From Escherichia phage phiC120: DNA of 64,000 nt. The notes beneath the pieces are model-generated. The model did no database searches. It saw nothing but the letters and a program-made list of their open reading frames with translations, and was not told where the DNA came from. Below are positions 55,208 through 64,000 of the stretch, piece by piece. The stretch lies in the sequence record KY703222. One strand, 5' to 3'. Within the stretch, counting starts at the first letter, position 1. Every line of letters begins with the position of its first letter. A program made the translations under genes and the position numbers.

Positions 55208-57919
55208 TCAAAAATCGAACATATCGAATAGAGATGCTTTCTTCTCGTAATCGAGTTTCGCTGCTGATGTGAATCCTTCAAGTGGTTTAATAAATGTCTT
55301 CTCAAGGAGAACAGTGTAGTCCATCCAATGAAGTACGTCGTCTTTAATTAAATCTGTGATTTCAGTACCAGAAGGCCATGCGATACATTTATCACCGAAT
55401 GGGTTTCCTTCACGTAAAGGCAGAACATATACTTTTTCACCTTCTACAACTTGTGGAGCATCAATATTACCTTTGATAGCCCGGTTATACGTCAGAATTC
55501 CACGAATATGGAACGGACATTTGGGACCAGGGAATCCACCTACATCATATTTAGCAATGTTATTCGCAGAAGATACCGACGCGATGCTAATATAATTCAA
55601 TTGACGGAATTCTTTTTCAAACTCTTTAAAATATTCTTGTAATGATTCTTCACCTTCTTGAAGCATACGACGAATACATTCTTTAAGAGCTTTCTGTACC
55701 GCTTTAGGAGTTGAAGATTTCTGTGTTTCGAGACCCATGATTTTGAGTTTAGGCTCAGCGTAACGAGTACCTTCCATATCCCACACGTTTAATGCATAAC
55801 GTTTCTTACCAGTCCAGAATCCGCCAATACCTTTAGAACCAAGCGGAGGACCAGCGATAGCTTCTCGGTCCATGAACATTAAGTGTTGTTTATTGTTCAT
55901 GTATTCACACATTTCACGGAAACCTTTATCAATAGCTGGTTCCATACGTTCACGTGCGAACTTATCTAAGAAGTCTACCCAATGGTTGGTATCACGGAAT
56001 TTAGATTCACCAACCTTATCGATAATTTTATCAGCAGATACGTAAATAGAGTCTGTATCACCATAAAGAACGAAAGCTTCACCTTCTGTACCACAAACTT
56101 CATTCAGATATTCATTAACTTTACGTTCAATCCACTGTAAAGCCATTTGCCCGAATGTTGTGATTGCAGTAGCATTACGCAAATCGTAATAACGGAACCA
56201 TACGTTACCAAGTGCACCATAAAGCGAGTTGATAAGCAATTTACGGTTAATTTGTGCAGTCATACCTGCAACTTCAGTACGTTGAGCTCTAAACAACATT
56301 TCATTAAGAGATTTAGCAGACAACTTTTTAATCTTTTCTTTAATCTCATCGCTGAAGTCGAAACGATAATCAACATCTAATGGTTCGTCAACAGAAAGAT
56401 TAGGATTATGCAATGCCTCTTTAATTATTTCACCATTACGTTGAGCTGCAAGCATGTAACCTTTATGTTCTTTACGCTGATTAAAGACCTTAGTGATTTC
56501 AGTTGGAACTACACCGTCACGGTCTTTATAATACATCATGCCGTTAGGAGAGCAACTGTACACATCTGAAGGACGTTCAGCGATTGCGTTAATATAATCA
56601 TGCAGTGGAGCTACTTTAAACGTTCCTGCTATTGTTTCCGGGCTAATATTCACTTGGCGAATAATACTTGGATACAGAGACGTAAGGTCGAAACTCATTA
56701 CATATTTGTATCGATTTGGAATAGGTTCCTTAACAAAAGCGCCAGGATAAGGTTGAACCGGGTGAGAACGACCTTGTGGAATCACCTTGTTTTGTTCTTT
56801 AAGGCTATTAAAAATAATAGCATCCCAAGTTTTAATTGGACTGAACACAGATTGAATCTGAATTTTAGCATAATAACCCATGTCCAAGCTCAAGTTGATG
56901 AACTGACGCTTAGAATCAATTTGCAATACACGATACACGTCGATAATGTTATAAGAAATATATCGTTGGTGATTGCTTTCACGAAGCTTAGAAATAGGGC
57001 CGTCATATTTCAGTTTACCAATGTTCAATTCAAATTCTGAAATGTAATCCAGAGAATACGACGGTTGATTGGTAAAAGAGAATTTTTTGTAAAGGTCAAT
57101 GTAATCAAGAACAGAGATACCGAACAATGTAATGATTTCACGAGAACCATACATGTTTTCGATAACTTTAACACGAGTTTTACGATGCGGTGATAAACGT
57201 TTCGCAGTAGATTCGCCAAAAATATTCTTGATTCGGTTATACACATATGGAATATCAAATGACTCAACGTTCCATCCAGTCAAAATGACAGGAGTTTTCT
57301 GTTGCCAGAAGTTGAGATATTCCATCAACAATTCTTTTTCGTTATCGAACGGCATATAAATGATTTTATCGATAATTTCAGATGGAACTTCATCACCACC
57401 TTGTTCTTGAAGCTTAGCCGCAATTTCGATAGACCATTCTTCTACATTACCATATGGAGAATTCAATAGATCAAATACGTAGAACCTGTCGTCAATTGAG
57501 TCATAATGGGTGATAGCATCAATCGGATGTTTTGCTTGTGACGGCTCAGGGAACCCGTCTGGAGATGTTACTTCGATGTCGAAGTTAGCCACACGAATTT
57601 TTGTATGGTCGTATTTGATTTCATAGTTATAAGTGTCAGACAAATACGCCAATTTGAAATCGTCCATGCCAAGTGCTTCAAGTCCGATATCTTCCATGCG
57701 TTTAATCCATTGGGAGGCATCACGCATATTAGCGAACAACTTACGAGTACACGGCTTACCGTAGATATCGAAATATTTCGTAGCCTGACTTTCTGGACAA
57801 TGAGCAAACAGTGATGGTTTATATTCTACTTCACGAGTACGTTCACGGCCGTTAGAATCGATGTAACGTTCAAAAATTGAATCACCAATCTGTTCAACCG
57901 TTAAGTAAAATTCTTTCAT
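55208..57919 (-). CDS. 43: DNA polymerase gp43 (B family), RB69-type
   Basis: 903 aa; matches the RB69 gp43 sequence as I recall it, including exonuclease motifs FDIEV and YNIIDV. Confidence 0.98.
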   Translation of the reverse strand: MKEFYLTVEQIGDSIFERYIDSNGRERTREVEYKPSLFAHCPESQATKYFDIYGKPCTRKLFANMRDASQWIKRMEDIGLEALGMDDFKLAYLSDTYNYEIKYDHTKIRVANFDIEVTSPDGFPEPSQAKHPIDAITHYDSIDDRFYVFDLLNSPYGNVEEWSIEIAAKLQEQGGDEVPSEIIDKIIYMPFDNEKELLMEYLNFWQQKTPVILTGWNVESFDIPYVYNRIKNIFGESTAKRLSPHRKTRVKVIENMYGSREIITLFGISVLDYIDLYKKFSFTNQPSYSLDYISEFELNIGKLKYDGPISKLRESNHQRYISYNIIDVYRVLQIDSKRQFINLSLDMGYYAKIQIQSVFSPIKTWDAIIFNSLKEQNKVIPQGRSHPVQPYPGAFVKEPIPNRYKYVMSFDLTSLYPSIIRQVNISPETIAGTFKVAPLHDYINAIAERPSDVYSCSPNGMMYYKDRDGVVPTEITKVFNQRKEHKGYMLAAQRNGEIIKEALHNPNLSVDEPLDVDYRFDFSDEIKEKIKKLSAKSLNEMLFRAQRTEVAGMTAQINRKLLINSLYGALGNVWFRYYDLRNATAITTFGQMALQWIERKVNEYLNEVCGTEGEAFVLYGDTDSIYVSADKIIDKVGESKFRDTNHWVDFLDKFARERMEPAIDKGFREMCEYMNNKQHLMFMDREAIAGPPLGSKGIGGFWTGKKRYALNVWDMEGTRYAEPKLKIMGLETQKSSTPKAVQKALKECIRRMLQEGEESLQEYFKEFEKEFRQLNYISIASVSSANNIAKYDVGGFPGPKCPFHIRGILTYNRAIKGNIDAPQVVEGEKVYVLPLREGNPFGDKCIAWPSGTEITDLIKDDVLHWMDYTVLLEKTFIKPLEGFTSAAKLDYEKKASLFDMFDF

Positions 57920-57979
57920 TTAATTTCCTTTAGACGAGTTATTGTCTTTTGTTTGTTGATGAACTTATTATACTCCAAA

Positions 57980-57995
57980 TGGGACCGAAGTCCCA
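57980..57995 (-). terminator. Hairpin (UGGGAC-UUCG-GUCCCA) between regA and gene 43
   Basis: 6-bp stem with CTTCGG loop followed by TTTGGAGTATAAT. Confidence 0.45.
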
Positions 57996-58000
57996 TTGCT

Positions 58001-58369
58001 TTAATTACCAATTGTATATTTTGCTTTCAAAGTCCAGTCATCTTTCTGTTTAAAAGAGATAACACGGAAGTTATTAGTCAGGCCAAACAGATCTTCACGA
58101 GCAGAGTCTTCAATAACAATCAATCCCCAGTCTTCAAGCAACTGAGCAATCGAATCGCGTCGTTGGTAGTCTTCACCATCAATATCAACCTGACGTCCGT
58201 CCATACGCAGCATTTCTTTAAAGTGGACGATGTAATATTTACCTTGCTTTTGGAGGATATGACAGGACTGATAAAGAACTTTATCCTTGTTATTAGCGAT
58301 GCCCATACGGGTCAGAGTCTCTTTGACTTTCAGAAAATCTTCGGGGTTCTTCAATTTAATTTCGATCAT
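58001..58369 (-). CDS. regA: Translational repressor RegA
   Basis: 122 aa from ATG 58369; near-identical to T4 RegA as recalled. Confidence 0.85.
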   Translation of the reverse strand: MIEIKLKNPEDFLKVKETLTRMGIANNKDKVLYQSCHILQKQGKYYIVHFKEMLRMDGRQVDIDGEDYQRRDSIAQLLEDWGLIVIEDSAREDLFGLTNNFRVISFKQKDDWTLKAKYTIGN

Positions 58370-58371
58370 TT

Positions 58372-58935
58372 TTACCATTCCAATGCTAATTTTTTAAATT
58401 GTTTTTGTTCTTTCACATTTTTTGTAACTTCTTTGAGAAACTCATCAGTGACCATGGCCTTCAGTTCTTTAAGGACTATTGGCAACTTGTTATTTTTTTC
58501 AAGGAGCCGCTTATACTCGGTAGCATCATTCATGTTGATTGTGTAATGTTTCATCAACAGTTTGATAACTAGTAACTCTGAAGTGTCTTCGACTAGTTTA
58601 GCCCATTTAGAGAATCGTCGGCCACGTGGAATTGCCGCCATCATATAGTTGAAGTGCGCTTCATCACTTAATTCAGAACCGACTAAGTTCATCATGTAAA
58701 CGGCTGGCATACATTCTGGGAACTGGGATAATGAGTTCTCAACCATAAATTTTGAGTAGTCGACCTGAGCAATTGACATAGATTTCTTTTCATTAATAGC
58801 ATTAATGATTTTAAAGAATTCATTCTCAGGTTTTTCTTTAAACATGTCAGCACATTTTTGAATCGCAACAGCGTCGTTAGACTTCCATGCAATTTGGTGC
58901 TCGTTAAGTTGGACGTCATCATCAAATAAGTTCAT
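58372..58935 (-). CDS. 62: Clamp loader small subunit gp62
   Basis: 187 aa, same as T4; synteny 44-62-regA. Confidence 0.85.
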   Translation of the reverse strand: MNLFDDDVQLNEHQIAWKSNDAVAIQKCADMFKEKPENEFFKIINAINEKKSMSIAQVDYSKFMVENSLSQFPECMPAVYMMNLVGSELSDEAHFNYMMAAIPRGRRFSKWAKLVEDTSELLVIKLLMKHYTINMNDATEYKRLLEKNNKLPIVLKELKAMVTDEFLKEVTKNVKEQKQFKKLALEW

Positions 58936-58936
58936 A

Positions 58937-59899
58937 TTATTTCCAAGTCAGTTCGCAGGTCAGTTGAAGAAGCATATACATAACATGTAATTCAATATTA
59001 CTTGCTAATCCATGAAACTTATTATTTTCGCCTGCAATTTCATAAAGCGAAATAATACTTTTACCTGGTGCAACTTTGTCATAACACTCAGAAACTAATT
59101 TATCGATGAACCATGAATAATCTGCGGCATATTTTGGAGCTAATGCACGAAGCTGTTTGATATCTTTATTTTTCATTGCTTCTATGACATCATCTACCGT
59201 GCCACGATCATTGGTTACAATCGACAAAATACCTGCATCAAGAACACCTTTAGACGAGTACTGGTCTAATTGACCAATTGTACGACGAAAGTCTGGGAAG
59301 TTCTTTTTAACCAGAGCTGCAACAACTTTCATATCAGCGATTTCGATATTTTCGTTCTTACAGATTTCAACCATACGATGAATCATTTTCTTCATCATCG
59401 ATATTTTATCTTCTTCGGTTGGACGTCCGAATTCGATAACTCGACAACGACTACGTAACGGTTCGATAATTCCATCGATGTTGTTGGCAGTAATAATAAT
59501 AGAACAGTTACTAGAGAATTCTTCCATGAATGTACGAAGGTGACGTTGTGATTCAGCGAGGCCACTACGGTCAAATTCATCAATAACAATAACTTTAGGC
59601 TTGCCTTCCATTGAGACTGAACGAGCGAATGCAGTTAACGGACCACGCACAAAATCAATCTTACAATCAGAACCGTTGACGAACATCATTTCGGCATTGA
59701 TATCATTACATAATGCTTTTGCTACGGTTGTTTTACCGGTACCAGGAGATGGAGAGTGTAAAATAATATGAGGAAGTTTTCCTTTAGATACTAAAGACTT
59801 GAATGTTTCATGGTCATACGCAGGCAGAATACATTCGTCAATGGAAGAAGGACGATATTTCTGTTCTAGAATGTGTTCTTTGGAATTGATAGTAATCAT
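58937..59899 (-). CDS. 44: Clamp loader large subunit gp44 (AAA+)
   Basis: 320 aa (T4 319); Walker [11 protein letters not shown]. Confidence 0.93.
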   Translation of the reverse strand: MITINSKEHILEQKYRPSSIDECILPAYDHETFKSLVSKGKLPHIILHSPSPGTGKTTVAKALCNDINAEMMFVNGSDCKIDFVRGPLTAFARSVSMEGKPKVIVIDEFDRSGLAESQRHLRTFMEEFSSNCSIIITANNIDGIIEPLRSRCRVIEFGRPTEEDKISMMKKMIHRMVEICKNENIEIADMKVVAALVKKNFPDFRRTIGQLDQYSSKGVLDAGILSIVTNDRGTVDDVIEAMKNKDIKQLRALAPKYAADYSWFIDKLVSECYDKVAPGKSIISLYEIAGENNKFHGLASNIELHVMYMLLQLTCELTWK

Positions 59900-59974
59900 G
59901 TAATTTTCCTCATTATCATTAAACTGGAGGATTTCTCCTCCATAATCGTATCACATTAAACTTAAAGCTTTGAC

Positions 59975-60661
59975 TTAGAAGTCGTGAGTAGAATCGGCTT
60001 CCATTGCAATAACATAACTTACTTGAGAGCTTTCAAACTTAGCTGCAACTTTATCACCAGCTCCCCACAACATTACTTTATAGTTACCTGGCTGGATTTT
60101 CATATTAGCCATATTGATTACGAAGTTAAAGTTGTTAGAACCATCATAATCGGTAAGAGTCAAAGAATACTTAGGACGAGTTAGACCGGAATCTTCAACT
60201 TTATTATAGCCATTGATAACAATTTTACCATCTTTATTTGTAATAGCAATTGTATCAATCTGGAGACCACGTGAAACTCGAAGCAATTGTTGAAGGTCTT
60301 CAGCTTTAATTTCAGTAATCACAGAAGCCACTGGGAATTGAATTGGCTTATTAGGAAAAACAATGGTGCTCTTGTCGGCAGCAGGCCAATAAACTGTGGA
60401 ACGTGTATCTGCAATTTTAATATTGCCATCAGTGTGCATTGAAATTTCAGCATCATCAGACACTAGACTCAAAATGCTTAAGAAGCTATTCAAATCATAA
60501 AGTGCTACGTCAAAATCAATTTCATCAGAGATATTTGCTTCCGCATAAGTGGTGCCATTAACTGCACGAGTCATAATAAATTTACCTTGACTCAGCAGAA
60601 TGCCTGAGTTAATAGAGGCAAAGTTTTTCAGAATAGCGATAGTATCTTTAGACAGTTTCAT
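59975..60661 (-). CDS. 45: Sliding clamp gp45
   Basis: 228 aa from ATG 60661 with AAAGGA RBS (ORF-track start is TTG); matches T4 size. Confidence 0.9.
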   Translation of the reverse strand: MKLSKDTIAILKNFASINSGILLSQGKFIMTRAVNGTTYAEANISDEIDFDVALYDLNSFLSILSLVSDDAEISMHTDGNIKIADTRSTVYWPAADKSTIVFPNKPIQFPVASVITEIKAEDLQQLLRVSRGLQIDTIAITNKDGKIVINGYNKVEDSGLTRPKYSLTLTDYDGSNNFNFVINMANMKIQPGNYKVMLWGAGDKVAAKFESSQVSYVIAMEADSTHDF

Positions 60662-60703
60662 TTTATTTCCTTTCAAGACAATTCAAAGTTTATAACAAAT
60701 TTA

Positions 60704-61120
60704 TTATGCAGCAACCATCTGCTTTTTAATAGCTTCAGGCAGTGATTCAATATATTCTGGAATTTTAGAAGCAACAATTTCGCCGGCTGCAATTAGCTGT
60801 TCGTCGGCATCAACACAGTAGAAATCTTCCAGACGCTCAGAACCATCTTTATCAAGAACGATTTTTCCACCAGCTTCAATAGAATCTTTATAGTGCTTAC
60901 GCATCAGATGAATCCACATATCAGATACATCGTTATCAATAAAACCATAAATCATAAAACGAGTTTCTTGTGGCAAAGATTGAAGCTTTTTAGCACTTGC
61001 GTCATCACAATGCAGGACCCATGCTTTACGAACACGATTATGGTTATGCGGGTTAGCGTCAGTACGGATAGAAGTAACTTTCAGATCAGCAGCAGTAAAA
61101 CCTTTAGCAGTGGTAAACAT
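60704..61120 (-). CDS. Hypothetical protein (138 aa), RpbA-like by position
   Basis: Synteny upstream of gene 45; sequence match not verified. Confidence 0.45.
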   Translation of the reverse strand: MFTTAKGFTAADLKVTSIRTDANPHNHNRVRKAWVLHCDDASAKKLQSLPQETRFMIYGFIDNDVSDMWIHLMRKHYKDSIEAGGKIVLDKDGSERLEDFYCVDADEQLIAAGEIVASKIPEYIESLPEAIKKQMVAA

Positions 61121-61132
61121 ATTATTTCTCTC

Positions 61133-61333
61133 TTATTCGTAGAAGTCGGTAACTGTCCATGCGGAATTGCGATTAGACATTATTTTATTATACTCATCTT
61201 TAAAAGCAGATTTGAGCATTTGTTCAGTAACAATATGTTCTTCACCTGAAAACGTATTGGTCAAAACATATTTTTTAATTTCAGGGACAACGAGAAGATG
61301 TTGTCCGGTTGAATACTCCATGTTGTTCTCCAT
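61133..61333 (-). CDS. Hypothetical protein (66 aa)
   Basis: ORF track. Confidence 0.4.
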   Translation of the reverse strand: MENNMEYSTGQHLLVVPEIKKYVLTNTFSGEEHIVTEQMLKSAFKDEYNKIMSNRNSAWTVTDFYE

Positions 61334-61375
61334 TTAATTTGATGTGGTCATTATAACCACATCATGTTAAAGCGT

Positions 61376-63064
61376 TTATGAAACAGTCATCACAGTAAAT
61401 CGTCCAACTTTGCTCATTTGAAGATGTTGTCCATAACGTTGAGGGTCATGGTCTCGATGAGAGATAATGAACACATTAGTATTTTGTAAACTTCCAAGAA
61501 TGGTATCTATAGCCTTAACAGCTTCAGAATCAACTGCCCCATCAAAAACCTCATCAAGAATCAACGTGTTGATTTTAACACCAGAAACTTTTTCAGCAAT
61601 ATCTCGCCATGTAAACAACAATGCGATATCGATACGTGCCTTTTCACCTTGACTAAATGAAGCATAACTAAAATCTTCACGACCACGTGATTTTATAGAT
61701 TCATTGAATTCTTCATCAATAGAAAACACGTAATCAGCTTCCATGATTTTAAGATAATGGTTAATCTGCTTGTTGAAGAGAGGCACATATTTTTTAATGA
61801 TAGCACCTTTAATACCAGAATCTTTTAACATATCTGTGATAATACCACGATGGTATTTTTCAAGAACGATATCCGATTTTGTTTTAATGATTTTATCAAG
61901 TTCTTTTTGAAGCAAAGCTATCTCATCGGCATGGTCGATAAATTCCGCCGAGGCTTGTTCTATTGCAGCTTTAACTTTCTTAGCTTTATCAATAGTGGCA
62001 ATCATTGCTTGTTTCTTGGTACGGATATCAGATGCAAGGTCCTGTTTAGTCTTAACATTAGCTCGATATTCGTCCACTAGGACACTCAGATTATCTCTGT
62101 GACAGGTAAGTTGTTCGAATGAGTGATTACATTCATGAAGCTTATCGGTAATCTTAGAGACAATAGGATCACCCTGGTGCAACTGTGATGCACAAGTAGG
62201 ACATGTACCGCCATCATGATACATCTTAATAACTTTGTTATATGAGTCAATTTTAGATTTAATCAATAATGCTTCTTGTCCGATCTTGTTGAATGCCTCA
62301 GTAGGGTCTTCGTCAAGAACGATATTAAGTAGTCGCTCATTAGCTTCTTCGATTTCTGCTTTTAATGACCGAGCTTCTTTGGCTAGGTCGTCATACATAT
62401 TCTGTAGACGTGCTACATTATCGCCAGATAATTTCTTTTGGCGTTCGATATTCTCGTTATAAATCTTAATTTGTTGGATAATACCATCTTTCTTGGCATC
62501 GAGAACTTGACCCTGGGAATTAAGTTCTCGAACTTGAGACTTATTGATTTTATCCATTTCAGCGAGTGTTCCAACTTCTAATAAGTCTTCAACAAGCTTT
62601 CTGCGAGCAGGGGTGCTAAGAGCCATGAAAGGGGTATACCCTGCCGTCCCAAGCACAACGATCTGTTTAAAAGACGCGTATGACATTCCGATGCTACGTT
62701 CAAATTCTTCTTGGAAGTCACGACTGCTGGCAGATTCATCAAGACGAACACCGTCAACGGAGATTTCGAAAATATTGGGCTTTTGGCCTCGTTTAATGAA
62801 GTATTTTTTATCATCGAATTCCATCCAAAGCTCAACTAAGAGCTCTTTCTTGTTCGTGCTATTAATGATTTGTCCTTTCTTAACATCACGAAATGGTTTA
62901 CCGAAAAGTCCGAAAGTAATGGCTTCTAACATCGTAGATTTACCACCACCATTTTTACCAGTGATTAATGTCTTTTGGACTTTATCTAATTGGATATCAA
63001 TAGGATTCCCACCTACCGACATGATGTTTTGATAACGAACACGATTTAATTTAAATGATTTCAT
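61376..63064 (-). CDS. 46: Recombination endonuclease subunit gp46 (Rad50/SbcC-like ATPase)
   Basis: 562 aa (T4 560); Walker A GKNGGGKST, coiled-coil with CPTC zinc hook, C-terminal signature/Walker B region. Confidence 0.93.
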   Translation of the reverse strand: MKSFKLNRVRYQNIMSVGGNPIDIQLDKVQKTLITGKNGGGKSTMLEAITFGLFGKPFRDVKKGQIINSTNKKELLVELWMEFDDKKYFIKRGQKPNIFEISVDGVRLDESASSRDFQEEFERSIGMSYASFKQIVVLGTAGYTPFMALSTPARRKLVEDLLEVGTLAEMDKINKSQVRELNSQGQVLDAKKDGIIQQIKIYNENIERQKKLSGDNVARLQNMYDDLAKEARSLKAEIEEANERLLNIVLDEDPTEAFNKIGQEALLIKSKIDSYNKVIKMYHDGGTCPTCASQLHQGDPIVSKITDKLHECNHSFEQLTCHRDNLSVLVDEYRANVKTKQDLASDIRTKKQAMIATIDKAKKVKAAIEQASAEFIDHADEIALLQKELDKIIKTKSDIVLEKYHRGIITDMLKDSGIKGAIIKKYVPLFNKQINHYLKIMEADYVFSIDEEFNESIKSRGREDFSYASFSQGEKARIDIALLFTWRDIAEKVSGVKINTLILDEVFDGAVDSEAVKAIDTILGSLQNTNVFIISHRDHDPQRYGQHLQMSKVGRFTVMTVS

Positions 63065-63315
63065 ATGTATTCTCTTCGAATGAAGTCCTCTACATATTTT
63101 AACATGTCATCCCTATCAGCAAAATATTCATCTAGTTCTGCATACATAACAACACCTGGGGCGTACTCACAGGTAACATACATTGTTCCAAAGAAACGAG
63201 GAGTTGATTCCTCGTAATTCTCAGTCCATTCAACGATACCAATATAACCGTCACCAATACTAAATTCGTGACGATGGATTTCATAGTCAGTCTTCGTCAT
63301 TATACGCATCCTCAA
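63061..63315 (-). CDS. Hypothetical protein (84 aa)
   Basis: ORF track; ATGA overlap with gene 46. Confidence 0.4.
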   Translation of the reverse strand: MRMRIMTKTDYEIHRHEFSIGDGYIGIVEWTENYEESTPRFFGTMYVTCEYAPGVVMYAELDEYFADRDDMLKYVEDFIRREYI

Positions 63316-63544
63316 TACACGCTTCAGCCATTTTAAGAATAGAGCCAGGAGTATCGTTGTCCATTATATTAAAGCTAAATTCAATAGCCCAGTCGGTGCA
63401 GACATGAACTGCTTTAACTTCATTGCCTTCAACGCGTAATGGCTCAATCCAATACTTGATAGTGTTCTCGAATCCATCATCATCTTTAACGTCTATTTCA
63501 ACTTCAAGCCCGAGCCCAGCATTGTTAAATTCATCTAAAGTCAT
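63287..63544 (-). CDS. Hypothetical protein (85 aa)
   Basis: ORF track. Confidence 0.4.
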   Translation of the reverse strand: MTLDEFNNAGLGLEVEIDVKDDDGFENTIKYWIEPLRVEGNEVKAVHVCTDWAIEFSFNIMDNDTPGSILKMAEACIEDAYNDED

Positions 63545-64000
63545 TGTGTTGCCTCAATATAAAGTTCGTTAGAATATTTGACCAGCGCTTCTCTGTCTTC
63601 GTCTGAGATATCTGGAATCGCGTCAATATATTCTTTAATGATATCTTGAAGTGATTTAATCTCGATTTCCTGGTCGTCATCAGATTCAACACTGTTATCA
63701 ACTTTAGAAACCATACGAAGAGAGTGAACTACTTTTTCAAGTTCAGATTCAAACTTAGTCAATTCTGAATCAATTTCTGATACTATAACACGTACGGCTA
63801 GATTAGTATAATCAGAATAATTGATTTTGCCTTTAAATGGATAAGTGATTCGTCGATGCCATGTTGTTTCATTAGGAATAAATTCCATACGTTCAACATC
63901 AGTGTCAAATACCCAGAATCCACGTGGGTCGTTCTCGTCACCTGCAGTAAGGGTCCATGGTGTCCCAATATATTTGACGTTAGCAGCTTCAGAGATTGTG
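63541..64000 (-). CDS. 47: Recombination endonuclease subunit gp47 (Mre11/SbcD-like), C-terminal part; gene continues beyond window end
   Basis: Frame stays open upstream of the ORF-track Met to the window edge (…KYIGTPWTLTAGDENDPRGFWVFDTDVERMEF…); resembles gp47 C-terminus as recalled; alternatively a separate 115-aa ORF 63541..63888. Confidence 0.6.
   Translation of the reverse strand, partial: TISEAANVKYIGTPWTLTAGDENDPRGFWVFDTDVERMEFIPNETTWHRRITYPFKGKINYSDYTNLAVRVIVSEIDSELTKFESELEKVVHSLRMVSKVDNSVESDDDQEIEIKSLQDIIKEYIDAIPDISDEDREALVKYSNELYIEATQ

Noticed and set aside
3112-57995. Recurring GGAGACCGAAGTCTCC-type palindromes as a possible CRISPR array or mobile-element repeats
   Set aside because: Copies are kilobases apart, lie at gene ends and differ in stem sequence; they behave as terminator hairpins, with no regular repeat-spacer structure.
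1-64000. tRNA or rRNA genes
   Set aside because: No cloverleaf-compatible structures noticed and the coding density leaves no suitable gaps; the T4 tRNA cluster lies in a different genome region. Not checked with a dedicated tool.

Overview
This 64-kb window is a contiguous stretch of a T4-like (T-even) myovirus genome. Gene order and protein sequences point to an RB69-like phage rather than T4 itself; in particular the 903-aa B-family DNA polymerase matches my recollection of RB69 gp43. All assignments are from reading the translations and synteny; no database search was run. Minus strand, by increasing coordinate: nrdA (5' part), intron-less td, frd, gene 32 (SSB), 59, 33, dsbA, rnh. Plus strand: the late long-tail-fiber module 34-35-36-37-38 (T2-type, with a gp37 C-terminal intramolecular chaperone domain and a glycine-rich gp38 adhesin) and holin t. 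Minus strand again: asiA, small ORFs, motA, 52, ndd, rIIB, rIIA, a GT-B glycosyltransferase, an HNH homing endonuclease, unsplit topoisomerase gene 39, many small early ORFs (including three tandem paralogs), dexA, dda, an ADP-ribosyltransferase, soc, 56, 61, spackle, dmd, 41, 40, uvsX, a P-loop kinase plus an unknown 299-aa protein, 42, a sugar-nucleotide cassette, 43, regA, 62, 44, 45, 46 and the 3' part of 47. No rRNA, tRNA or CRISPR array was seen. Regulatory signals include TATAAATA late promoters before 34, 36, t and soc, about a dozen GTTTAC-N17/18-TATnaT early promoters on the minus strand, and a family of hairpin terminators with CTTCGG loops. The most interesting content is a candidate DNA-hypermodification system spread over three loci: the glycosyltransferase next to rIIA, the kinase plus unknown protein where T4 has beta-gt, and the sugar-nucleotide cassette between 42 and 43. 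It looks like an arabinose-donor pathway for hydroxymethylcytosine DNA; arabinosyl-hmC has been reported for RB69-type phages, so the modification is probably not new, but the enzyme-by-enzyme assignment here is inference.
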